A stretch of 64,000 nt of DNA from an uncultured delta proteobacterium (GCA_963767275.1 CAVYDL010000006.1:941867-1005866), one strand, 5' to 3'. Shown: positions 1-8,976, counted from the stretch's first letter. Numbers and translations are program-made. Notes: a model not told the origin generated them from the sequence alone.

Positions 1-2319
1 GTGACGAAAGATCTCGGCATCGCCATGCTGATGCGGAAATTCTACCCGCTCACGGGAGGTTATCAAAACCAGGCGTTGCGGCTCGCCACCGAGCTAAGCA
101 AGAGAGGCTTTAGAGTCCATGTCGTCACGCAACGCCACGGGACGCTGCTTCCATATGAAGTCTATCAGGGTATCCCCATTCATCGGGTCTCTGCCTTCCC
201 GTCAGGCCACTTGGCCGCCTGGTCTTATCTGGCTTCAGCATTTTTCTGGATGCTGCGAAACAGACAGCGCTTTCAAATCATTCACGCGAACCGCTCGTCT
301 TCCGGCCTGGTGGCCGGTCTGATCGGGTTCGTGCTGCGGAAACCTGTTCTATACAAATTGACTCGCGGAGACGAGATCGATGTGAAGGGTTTCCGGACTA
401 CTTTGCTAGGCCGATTCAAAGTGCAGTGCTTGAAACATACCGTTGGTAAGTTCGTTGCGATAACCAAGGGGATTGAGGAGGACCTTCGACGGCTGGGTAT
501 TCCGGCAAAGAAACTAGCCAGGATCCCCAACGGAATCGAACTTAAAGATTTTTCAAAATGCTATGACCGCGAGAAAGTCAAGTCAGAATTGGGTTGGGGA
601 CCGGAAACCAAAGTGGCGACTTTTGTCGGCAGACTCATCGCGGTAAAAGGCGTGGACTGGCTGCTTCGAATTTGGCGGGATGTTATCCAGCAGGAAACCC
701 AGGGGCGTCTCTTGATCATCGGAGATGGGCCGGAGCGATCCGCCCTGGAAGCTCAAATTCGCTCTTTCGGCCTTACAGACTCTGTAGCATTGGTGGGGAG
801 GCAAGAAGATGTTTTTAAATTCTTAGCCATAACCGATGTCTTTGTGCTTCCGTCAAGGTTGGAAGGCGTTTCAAATGCCCTTTTAGAAGCAATGTCCCAG
901 GGAGTGCCGGTAATCGTCGCGGACGACGAGCTCGGTGGGAATCGGGAAGTGGTCGATGATTGCATTGACGGCCACGTCGTGAAGATCGGTGATGATAAGT
1001 CCTTTAGCGAAGTTCTAGTTAAACTTCTACGAGATGCAGAACTGCGCAACGACATGGGGCGAAAGGCAAAGCATAAAATCGAGCAACGATTTTCCATGGA
1101 CAGCGTCGTCAATGGGTATTGCCGTATCTACAGTGAATTATCCGCGCTCCACGTCCGACCCGTGGGTGGCCAAAAACCATCCGTAGGAATTTTTTTGGCC
1201 AGGCCGGATCGTAGTTTTCACATGGCCAGGAAACTCCGTGAGAAGGGCTTCGATATCATTCATTACAACAGGGTCGGATATAAAGATGATTCTTACGTCA
1301 AAGTGCGCGGCGGGCCGCTAGCGGCATTAGCGTATCTTTTGCTCCGGACAAAGAACGACATATACTTTACCTCTCTCGGTTTCGTTCCTTCCACTTGGTT
1401 GTATCTGAACAAGTGTTTGCGCGGAAAACCATACGTTTTCAATGCTACCGGCCTGAGGTGGGAGACGTTCGACGACAGGTCGTCTAGAAGACCTTTCTCG
1501 AGCTTTTTTTCGCACCGGTTCTATCCTTTTTTATTAGACTGTACTTTCGCAGGAGCGAGCAGGATCGTCTGTAACAGCCACTTCCTCGAACGGATGATCA
1601 GCGTCCACTATCCAAAATATAAAGAGCGCTTGCTGACGATTTACAACGGCATTGAGTTTGACCGGTACTCATCTGGGCGGCGTCAAGCCCTTCCCCGCGT
1701 TCATAATGGCGAGTTGATTCTTCTCTGCGTGACGGCGCTTAATTTCAAGAATAAATCGAAGGGGCTGCAAATCGTTATAGACGCCTTCGATCATGTCAGA
1801 GCAAAAAGAACGGACGTCAAACTGGTCATCTCTGCCAAGACCTCCAACCCTCTATATCAAAAGGAGGCGGAAAGTTATTTGCGGTCGAAGTCGTGGAGGG
1901 ACTCGGTCACGCTTATGTATAACCATAGCGATATCCCGGACCTGTTGGCGAGCGGCGATATCTTTGTCTACGCCACTCCCAACAACTCCAACGACAGCCT
2001 TCCCAGAGCACTGTTGGAAGCTCAATCGGCGGGTCTGCCGGTCGTCACAACCGACACCAGCGGGTGCCCGGAGATTGTTCGTGACGGAAGGACCGGCTTC
2101 GTCGTTCCGTATGATGCCGCTGAGATGGCGGAAAAAGTTTTGCTGCTGATGGACAATCGGCAGTTACGGCTTGATATGGGTAGAGCCGCCCAGGAATGGA
2201 TCCGACGGCAGTTCAATTGGGATCAGATGGCTGCCGGCTATGCCAAGGTGTTCCTCGAGGTCGCCGCCGGTGAACCACAGATCCTCCAAATGGAAATCAA
2301 TAAGAAAGAGCACATATGA
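1..2319 (+). CDS. Tandem double-domain glycosyltransferase (two GT4/GT-B modules in one 772-aa protein). The ORF begins at the window edge with GTG and may be 5'-truncated.
   Basis: Two separate GT4 C-terminal signatures: 'EAMSQGVPVIVADDELGGNREVV' (~aa 295) and 'EAQSAGLPVVTTDTSGCPEIVRDGRTGFVVP' (~aa 670). Each is preceded by a Rossmann-like N-domain. The stop overlaps the next start as ATGA (2316-2319). Confidence 0.8.
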   Translation: MTKDLGIAMLMRKFYPLTGGYQNQALRLATELSKRGFRVHVVTQRHGTLLPYEVYQGIPIHRVSAFPSGHLAAWSYLASAFFWMLRNRQRFQIIHANRSSSGLVAGLIGFVLRKPVLYKLTRGDEIDVKGFRTTLLGRFKVQCLKHTVGKFVAITKGIEEDLRRLGIPAKKLARIPNGIELKDFSKCYDREKVKSELGWGPETKVATFVGRLIAVKGVDWLLRIWRDVIQQETQGRLLIIGDGPERSALEAQIRSFGLTDSVALVGRQEDVFKFLAITDVFVLPSRLEGVSNALLEAMSQGVPVIVADDELGGNREVVDDCIDGHVVKIGDDKSFSEVLVKLLRDAELRNDMGRKAKHKIEQRFSMDSVVNGYCRIYSELSALHVRPVGGQKPSVGIFLARPDRSFHMARKLREKGFDIIHYNRVGYKDDSYVKVRGGPLAALAYLLLRTKNDIYFTSLGFVPSTWLYLNKCLRGKPYVFNATGLRWETFDDRSSRRPFSSFFSHRFYPFLLDCTFAGASRIVCNSHFLERMISVHYPKYKERLLTIYNGIEFDRYSSGRRQALPRVHNGELILLCVTALNFKNKSKGLQIVIDAFDHVRAKRTDVKLVISAKTSNPLYQKEAESYLRSKSWRDSVTLMYNHSDIPDLLASGDIFVYATPNNSNDSLPRALLEAQSAGLPVVTTDTSGCPEIVRDGRTGFVVPYDAAEMAEKVLLLMDNRQLRLDMGRAAQEWIRRQFNWDQMAAGYAKVFLEVAAGEPQILQMEINKKEHI

Positions 2320-3710
2320 CACGGCGCCCTAACATCTTGCTTATCGTCCTGGATGCCACACGATTTGATTACCTGTCCGCTTACGGGTCTTCCAATACGA
2401 CTCCGAACCTCAACCGCTTGGCGCAAGACGGGATCCTCTTTGAAAGCGCTTTTGCCTCTGCGCCCTGGACCCCGCCATCCCATGCGTCCCTGTTCACGGG
2501 CAACTACCCATCGCGGCACGGGGTCGACGTTAACGAAAATCTTTACTTGAGCAAGGAGAATCGAACCGTAGCAGAAATTCTGTCCGAGAATGGATACCGG
2601 ACTTTCGGGGTGCTGCCCGATGCCCACCTGAGCAGTGATCGAGGATTCCATAAGGGATTCCAGGAATATATCGAGCTGTGGCGGATTCCTTACCTTTATC
2701 CGGAATACGACTGGAATGAGTGCTTGTTGCGGAACCTCCTCTTCGGACGTGACAAGCGGACATATTATACCAATCGGCTGATTCAGCGCTGGTTAAGAGC
2801 GAACTGGCGTGGCACCGACCCCTTTTTCATCTTCTTGAATTACAAGACGGCTCACAACCAGTATCAGCCCCCGCGCGCGTTCAGGCGCAGGTTTGAGAGC
2901 AGGCCCGGAGCGGGGGTGGACATGCGCAAGGTGAAGTTCTATTCCCGCGAGGGCGGTTATCCGTACATGGCTCGGCGTTTCGAGATGACAGATGATGAAT
3001 TGGCCATCCTGAAGTCGTGGTATGCGGGCGCCATCGCTTACATGGACTTCCGGCTCGGGGAACTGATCCAGTCTCTCAAAGAGGCCAGGGCGTATGAGAA
3101 TACGCTGATCATCGTCACGGCTGATCACGGCGAAAATTTTGGCGAGCACCATCTCGCGTATCACATGTTCTGCCTCTACGAGAGTCTTATCCACGTCCCC
3201 TTGATTATGAGCTGGCCGGCAGGCCTGCCTCACGGACGGCGCGTCCCGGGATTGGTATCCCTCACCGATGTGGTGCCGACTCTTGTAGAGCTGCTGCAGC
3301 TCGAAGGGGCAGGAGACGGTCTCCAGGGAACCAGCCTGGTGCCCTTTGATAGCCGGCAGTACCACGACCATGTGTTCGCTGAATTCGGCCGACCCCACTA
3401 CATGCTGAAGCGGCTGCAATCTCGGTTTCCGGGCGACGATTTCTCGCTGTTCGACAAAGGGCTTCGCTGCATCCGAACGGACCAGTTCAAGTTGATCATA
3501 GGGTCGGATGGGAGTGAGGAGTTTTACGATTTAGCGACCGATCCCGGGGAGATCTGCAATCTCTCCGGCAAGCAGTCAAACGTCGCCGCAGAGCTCCGCG
3601 ATAGCCTGGCTAACTGGAGCGGCTCGACGAAAAACTTTACCGCAGCGGCCAAAGAACCAGAAGAAAATGAGTCCGTAAGACGGTCCCTGGAGAAACTGGG
3701 ATATTTCTAA
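2316..3710 (+). CDS. Sulfatase-like protein of the alkaline-phosphatase superfamily. It carries a non-canonical active-site motif (T-P-P-S-H instead of C-x-P-x-R) and appears cytoplasmic (no signal peptide).
   Basis: N-terminus 'ILLIVLDATRFDY ... SAPWTPPSHASLFTG' matches the sulfatase signature region but has Thr and His where the FGly-forming Cys and the Arg normally sit. C-terminal 'TADHGENFGEHH' matches the metal-binding region. Confidence 0.75.
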   Translation: MTRRPNILLIVLDATRFDYLSAYGSSNTTPNLNRLAQDGILFESAFASAPWTPPSHASLFTGNYPSRHGVDVNENLYLSKENRTVAEILSENGYRTFGVLPDAHLSSDRGFHKGFQEYIELWRIPYLYPEYDWNECLLRNLLFGRDKRTYYTNRLIQRWLRANWRGTDPFFIFLNYKTAHNQYQPPRAFRRRFESRPGAGVDMRKVKFYSREGGYPYMARRFEMTDDELAILKSWYAGAIAYMDFRLGELIQSLKEARAYENTLIIVTADHGENFGEHHLAYHMFCLYESLIHVPLIMSWPAGLPHGRRVPGLVSLTDVVPTLVELLQLEGAGDGLQGTSLVPFDSRQYHDHVFAEFGRPHYMLKRLQSRFPGDDFSLFDKGLRCIRTDQFKLIIGSDGSEEFYDLATDPGEICNLSGKQSNVAAELRDSLANWSGSTKNFTAAAKEPEENESVRRSLEKLGYF

Positions 3711-3787
3711 CGGCGCTCCACAGCCGCCGGCGCGTTTCTCACCTGTCTTCCAACCCAGTCCGTTTTTTTACAGAAGGTAGTCAAACC

Positions 3788-4039
3788 ATGGAATGGTTAA
3801 GTCTTATCCGGTGCCCGACATGTTCCGGGACTATTCGCCACGATGGCGAAGGAATGTTCCGCTGCAGTGGCTGCAATGCCAACTATCCGGCCGCGGGGAG
3901 CGTGCCGGACTTTATCGCTAGGGAAGGCGACATCGCCGCCCCGGGGATTGAGCTTGATTATGACTATCACCTGCGCCGCCACACGGCTCCCTGCGCGGTT
4001 TATACAACCGGTTCTGCCGGTCGTTGGAACTTCAATTGA
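3788..4039 (+). CDS. Trm112-like zinc-ribbon protein (CPxC...CxxC). It is probably the N-terminal part of the downstream methyltransferase, split by a frameshift.
   Basis: 'CPTCSGTI...FRCSGCNANY' is a four-Cys ribbon. The same motif is fused to a methyltransferase in the paralog at 23147-24242. It overlaps the next ORF by 16 nt in a different frame. Confidence 0.5.
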   Translation: MEWLSLIRCPTCSGTIRHDGEGMFRCSGCNANYPAAGSVPDFIAREGDIAAPGIELDYDYHLRRHTAPCAVYTTGSAGRWNFN

Positions 4040-4701
4040 TCAAGCGTGAAGCTGACCGGCTCGGTAGGTCTATCGATATGCTTGATGTGGGCTGTGGTAA
4101 TCCCACTCGCTCCAATACCACCTATCATGCACAACTCTTCCCGCTCGCCAGGTTGTACCTCGGGGTAGAACCCTCCCTGCCGCTTGCGTGCCGCGTCCAT
4201 CCTCTTCCATCGGTCGGGCTGGTTCGAGCCAGCGGAGAGCTCCGCGTCTTGAAGGATCGAGTTGTGGATATGGCAATGTCATTCAGGGCACTTGATCGGT
4301 GTGCGGATCCGGACCGCACACTGGCCAACATGGCGGCGGCTATACGACCTGGAGGCCGCATCCTGATCAGCCTGGTCAATAAAAATATCTGGTATGGAGC
4401 GCTGTCCAATCGCTTGCGCGGTATATTGGCCCAACGCTTGTCACCCCAAGAGACGAGGCGCGGCGAGGAAATGTCGCCAAGCGATTTGCGTCGCCGTCTC
4501 GAATCTGTTGGCTTTCAGGATGTCGAACTCTATGACTTGCTCTACTTTTCAGGCCCGCTGAAAAGCAAGGCTTTTAACCGAGTTTTGGACTTGTTCGGAG
4601 AACAGCGGTGTGCCGCCGTTCTCCGCCAGGTTGACCAACTTGGCCGGCGCATCGCCCCCGGCCGGGGTGGCATGTTTGTCGCCGTGGCACGCAAACCGTA
4701 A
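4024..4701 (+). CDS. Class I SAM-dependent methyltransferase
   Basis: Motif I 'MLDVGCGNP'. Domain order matches the fused Trm112-MT paralog at 23147. Confidence 0.65.
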   Translation: MELQLIKREADRLGRSIDMLDVGCGNPTRSNTTYHAQLFPLARLYLGVEPSLPLACRVHPLPSVGLVRASGELRVLKDRVVDMAMSFRALDRCADPDRTLANMAAAIRPGGRILISLVNKNIWYGALSNRLRGILAQRLSPQETRRGEEMSPSDLRRRLESVGFQDVELYDLLYFSGPLKSKAFNRVLDLFGEQRCAAVLRQVDQLGRRIAPGRGGMFVAVARKP

Positions 4702-4940
4702 TGCTAACGATGGAAGGAAGAAAGGTATCCGCGGGTAGTAATCCGGCTGCCGAGCTGACCGAGGAATGTGGCCGGCTTCGTTGCCGCTGTCGAGCGATTG
4801 ATCCGCGACCGAGACCCGGCCTTTAGCTGGGTCAGAACACTGGGTGCCCCAAACCTGTATGTTGGAGGAAAGCGTGATCGGAAGTCATCGGTGTCGAAGA
4901 GCAGAGGAATGGTAGGCAAAATAATTTAATCCTAGGAAGG

Positions 4941-5689
4941 ATGGAGATAACTATGTTTCAGAATCAGAAATGGACGAACTGTTTTCTTATCATCGCCGGC
5001 GCAATCTTGATAGGCCTGAGCTTCAATTCATCTGCCATTGCGCAAACCTGCGGTGGCACCGTTCCGTGCAAGTGCGGGGATAGCGTGATCGCCAGCCGAA
5101 CGATCCGGGGCGATCCGGTCGTCGGTGGTTTCTGTCCGGGCGACGGACTCATCATGGACACGCCCGGTGTAACCCTGACCCTCAAGGGGAATCTCTTTGG
5201 AAGTGCGGATCCGCACACCACGAGGGGCCCGGGCATCGGTATACACATCACCGCCGATAACGTTACTCTCCGAGGCGGAAGAGTCGAAGGTTTTCAGTAT
5301 GGGACCTACGGAACAACCAACGGTTCCTCGATTGGGGCGATCACTAACGATCACAATGCCGTGAGTTCGGTCCACATCACCGGCAACAACAACACGTTCA
5401 ATGGAACCGACGGCGCCCACGTGCTTGGCCCCAACGCTGGCGATGGGTTCGTCGTCATCGGGGACGACAACGACTTCATAGAAACCTTTACCGAGAAGAG
5501 TGCTCCCGGCCAAGTAGGGCTGCGAGTCATAGGCTCTGGTAATTTTTCCGAAAAAATTGGACAAATCAGGGCGAGGGCGGCGGGATCTGGGTAACAGGCG
5601 GGAACAACATTGATGGCGGCGGCAATAAAGCAAAAAACGTAAATGGGCAACCGATATGTGAGATCGACGGGATCCCCTGCAAAAAATAG
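4941..5689 (+). CDS. Secreted Cys-motif parallel beta-helix protein, copy 1. It is frameshifted at an A6 run (5552-5557); the frame-restored C-terminus ends '...GGGNKAKNVNGQPICEIDGIPCKK'.
   Basis: Signal peptide 'MFQNQKWTNCFLIIAGAILIGLSF', then 'AQTCGGTVPCKCGDSVIASRTIRGDPVVGGFCPGD', then ~22-aa PbH1-type repeats (GxxNxxxG). The +1 frame after 'gaaaaaatt' restores the conserved C-x-I-D-G-x-P-C C-terminus seen in copy 2. Confidence 0.7.
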
Positions 5690-5825
5690 CTGAGCTGTTA
5701 ACTGCGGAATAGTGAAAGAGGCGGCCGGCGCGCCATGGTCCGAGATCGCCTGGCTAAAGGCCAGAGTGAATTGACCACAAGCCATAAGATCTGACCGTAA
5801 AGGCAGGCAGTGAAAGGGAGGTAGT

Positions 5826-6575
5826 ATGTGGAGCAAGTGGATAAGCTATTTTGTTTTCAGCAGTGTTGTGATCCTCGCCGGTCTGGTTTTTCCCCTGCCG
5901 GCCCTGGCGCAAACCTGTGGCGGCACCGTTAAATGCAAGTGCGGCGACAGCGTGATAGCCAGCCGGACGATCCAGGGAGACCCGGTCGTTAAGAGTGTCT
6001 GTCCAGGCACCGCACTCTTCATGAGCACGCCCAACGTCACCTTGATCATCAAAAATGGCGGCCTCGTTGGGAGTCTGGATGTGCACTCGCAGTGGGCGAC
6101 CGGCGATGGCATAAACATTTCCGCGGATAACGTCACTGTCCGGAAGGGTAAAATCGAGGGTTTTCAGCATGGGATCTTTGGGATAACCAACGGCTCGACA
6201 ATCTCAGGGGTCACTACCGAGCACAATGCCGTGAACGGCATCAATATATCCGGCAACGGCAACACGATCGAAGCAAGCGCGGGCAGCCACAATACTAGCT
6301 CCTTGGCGCAAGACGGGATCCTGATCACTGGAGACGACAATGTCGTGACCGACAACTATGCAGAAAAGTCGGTCAGCGGCTTCGTAGGTATCAGGGTCGT
6401 GGGCTCTGGCAACTTTCTCCAGGATAACTTCACGAAATTAAATGATGGTGGTGGGGTCCAAGTCACCGGCGATGGCGTCATTGATGGTGACAACATCGAT
6501 GGTGGGGGTAACAAGGCGGGAAAGACCGCCGGGACGCCTAAATGCGAGATCGACGGAAACCCGTGCCTGCCTTGA
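5826..6575 (+). CDS. Secreted Cys-motif parallel beta-helix protein, copy 2 (intact)
   Basis: Signal peptide, then 'AQTCGGTVKCKCGDSVIASRTIQGDPVV...CPGT', beta-helix repeats, and C-terminal 'PKCEIDGNPCLP'. Confidence 0.8.
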   Translation: MWSKWISYFVFSSVVILAGLVFPLPALAQTCGGTVKCKCGDSVIASRTIQGDPVVKSVCPGTALFMSTPNVTLIIKNGGLVGSLDVHSQWATGDGINISADNVTVRKGKIEGFQHGIFGITNGSTISGVTTEHNAVNGINISGNGNTIEASAGSHNTSSLAQDGILITGDDNVVTDNYAEKSVSGFVGIRVVGSGNFLQDNFTKLNDGGGVQVTGDGVIDGDNIDGGGNKAGKTAGTPKCEIDGNPCLP

Positions 6576-6684
6576 GGATTGACCGTTACAGGTGGGACTA
6601 TGGAGCGGACTACGGCGACCTCGCGCAGATCGGAAGTGCCACGAGAGCTGTGACAGGTACCGCAATTTACCGAGAGGAGCAACC

Positions 6685-7680
6685 ATGTTTCAGAATCAGA
6701 AATGGACGAACTGTTTTCTGATCATCATCGGCGCAATCTTCATGGGCCTAGGGTTTTATTCGCCGATCCTAGCGCAAACCTGCGGCGGCAACATCCCATG
6801 TGAATGCGGGGATAATGTGGTGGCCAACCGGACATTGGTTTCCGGTCAAGATCCTATCGTAAGAGCCGTGTGCCCGGGCGATGGGCTAATTATGAACACC
6901 CCAGAAGTCGTCTTGAATCTCAACGGCAACAAAATCTTTGGTTCAGGTAGCGGTGTGGGTATTCTCATTGGCGACGGGGTTAATAACGTCACCATCGAGA
7001 ACACAGGCGGCGGGGGGGCGGGTCCTGATAACTTTGGCGTCGGCATCGCCACCGCTGGCCAGACCAGTGGCTCAAGAATTAGCGCGGTCAGGCCCCATGC
7101 GAACGGATTAGGGACAATACCACTAGGCGATGGGATATTCCTGAAGGGCGATGGGAACGTGTTGATTGGCATCCTGGCAAAAAACAACGGCAACAATGGA
7201 GTCACGGTGATCGGCGATGACAACGTACTCCAAGGTCACAACGATGAATACAATGGGGTCCATGGAATATTTGTGGAAGGTAATGGCAACCAGCTGAATG
7301 CCAATCTGGCAAGCGAGAATCGGAAGAAGTTTCAGGGCGCGGGGATATGGGTGGAGGGGGACGGCAATACGGTCGAACAAAGCAAGATCACCAAGATGAA
7401 CACCTGGGGGATCGTCATCCATGGCGATAACAACAGCTTGAGAAAGAACGATGTCACGAAGCAGGACATCGATGGGATAGTAGTGGTCGGCGATGGCAAC
7501 GTGCTGAAGGACAACAAGTCGCAGAGTTCCAAGGGCGTTGGCATTAGCGTTGAGGAGGATGACGGCGTCCCCAACTCCAACGCCGCCGCCAGTACGGGAA
7601 ATATTGTCAGCGGTAACCGGCAGGGGCCCCAGTGTAGCATCTACGGGGTCACGACGACGCCGACCTGCATCCAGAAATAA
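6685..7680 (+). CDS. Secreted Cys-motif parallel beta-helix protein, copy 3. It is longer (331 aa) and has a Gly-rich insert.
   Basis: Its first 35 nt are identical to copy 1 (atgtttcagaatcagaaatggacgaactgttttct). It has 'AQTCGGNIPCECGDNVVANRTL...CPGD', many GDGN/GNGN beta-helix rungs, and C-terminal 'PQCSIYGVTTTPTCIQK'. RBS GAGAGGAG precedes the start. Confidence 0.8.
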   Translation: MFQNQKWTNCFLIIIGAIFMGLGFYSPILAQTCGGNIPCECGDNVVANRTLVSGQDPIVRAVCPGDGLIMNTPEVVLNLNGNKIFGSGSGVGILIGDGVNNVTIENTGGGGAGPDNFGVGIATAGQTSGSRISAVRPHANGLGTIPLGDGIFLKGDGNVLIGILAKNNGNNGVTVIGDDNVLQGHNDEYNGVHGIFVEGNGNQLNANLASENRKKFQGAGIWVEGDGNTVEQSKITKMNTWGIVIHGDNNSLRKNDVTKQDIDGIVVVGDGNVLKDNKSQSSKGVGISVEEDDGVPNSNAAASTGNIVSGNRQGPQCSIYGVTTTPTCIQK

Positions 7681-7761
7681 GGATTCTTCCAACAGAATGT
7701 CCGTATTCTTTAAGGGCTCTCGCATCGCCGACCTCGGCAGCCATAAGCAGAGGAATATTTA

Positions 7762-8976
7762 ATGAGTACGGGTAAGCTGACAGTTGCGGCCTACAGCCAT
7801 TTCGGCGCCAGAGGCTTGAAAGGGGTCGAGACGTACTACCTCGTGCAAGAGGCCTGGAGGAGAGGATATTTAGAAAAGGTGATTGCCGTATCGAAAAAGC
7901 GTTGCCGTTTTGAGTTCGACCTCGCCCTTGTCGACACGCTTCCGGGAGAGTCACGGCTTATTTCCGGGCTGGTCCAGATCAAGGAAAAAGCCTGGCAGGC
8001 GTTCCCATCGAGGTGGTTCGGCGAGATGATTTTTGACCGCTATGCGGCTTCAAGGCTGAAGCGCTCAGGCGGCACCCTGATCCTGACCCCAGGAATGATC
8101 CACACAGCGCGGAAAGCTAAAGACCTCGGGTATACGATCTTACTGTACGGTGCCACTCCTGACCCTAGATATCTTATGGAGCAGATCCAGACCGAACGGG
8201 CGGCCCTCGGCTTTAAAGGCGGGGAAGATGATAAAGATCGCTCGCGGATGGTGGCACGCTGGACGGCTAGCTTGGCGTTAACAGACCACCTCCTCGCCGT
8301 CTCGGAGTTTTCCAGGGACACCTACGTCAAGTACGGTTTTCCGCTGGAAAGAGTATCGGTCGCTCCTCTTGGGGTCGCTCTGCAACGGTTCCCGCTAACA
8401 GCCCCTCCCACGGATAGCTGTTTCACCTACCTCTTCGTTGGTCACGTGAATGGAACAACGGGAATCGTGAAAGGGTTGCAATATCTCTTGCCGGCCTGGT
8501 GTGAGCTTAAATTGAAAAACGCTAGGTTGCTGGTCTGCGGAAAGATGGGCGCCGAGGGACGGGAAGTGATTCGGAGATATGACGGAAGGCTGCACAATGT
8601 CGAGTTCACTGGGCAAGTTAGTGACCCGGCGGAGTATTATCGCAAAGCGGCGGTGTTTGTCTTGCCATCGGTTGCCGAAGGGATGGCCAAGGTAACAATC
8701 GAGGCTATGGCCACCGGACGACCTGTCATTGTCACCCCAAACTGCGGAGCCGTGGCGCGCGATGGCGTTGATGGTTTCTATGTCCCAGCGCGAGATGTGG
8801 AGGCCTTGAAGGAGAGAATGCTCTATTTCTACAACCATCGCGAAGAGATCGCGAGGATGGGCGCCAACGCCAGTGAATGGGCCCAGAGGTTTACCTGGGA
8901 GAGATTTAGTCGGCAGATCGCTGATGTCATCGTGGGACCTCCACTCTGCAATAAGGTAGAGGTCGAGAAACGATGA
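7762..8976 (+). CDS. GT4 family glycosyltransferase. It is a paralog of the gene at 35680-36930.
   Basis: 'EGMAKVTIEAMATGRPVIVTPNCGAVARDGVDGFYVP' is a GT4 C-domain. Its N-terminus 'AAYSHFGARGLKGVETYYLVQEAWRRGYLEKVIAVSK' is near-identical to the 35680 gene. Confidence 0.85.
   Translation: MSTGKLTVAAYSHFGARGLKGVETYYLVQEAWRRGYLEKVIAVSKKRCRFEFDLALVDTLPGESRLISGLVQIKEKAWQAFPSRWFGEMIFDRYAASRLKRSGGTLILTPGMIHTARKAKDLGYTILLYGATPDPRYLMEQIQTERAALGFKGGEDDKDRSRMVARWTASLALTDHLLAVSEFSRDTYVKYGFPLERVSVAPLGVALQRFPLTAPPTDSCFTYLFVGHVNGTTGIVKGLQYLLPAWCELKLKNARLLVCGKMGAEGREVIRRYDGRLHNVEFTGQVSDPAEYYRKAAVFVLPSVAEGMAKVTIEAMATGRPVIVTPNCGAVARDGVDGFYVPARDVEALKERMLYFYNHREEIARMGANASEWAQRFTWERFSRQIADVIVGPPLCNKVEVEKR

Noticed and set aside
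2793-3419. Antisense ORFs of 150-210 aa inside the sulfatase-like, beta-helix and GT genes (e.g. 2793-3419, 5028-5633, 7123-7725, 22074-22556, 42705-43202)
   Set aside because: Each is fully contained within or opposite a gene with strong homology-based support. They have a low-complexity, Arg/Pro-rich composition. There are no RBS or start contexts.
3705-3790. Possible rho-independent terminator after the sulfatase-like gene (T7 run at ~3763-3769)
   Set aside because: The T-run is not preceded by a convincing GC-rich hairpin, so I could not support a terminator call.
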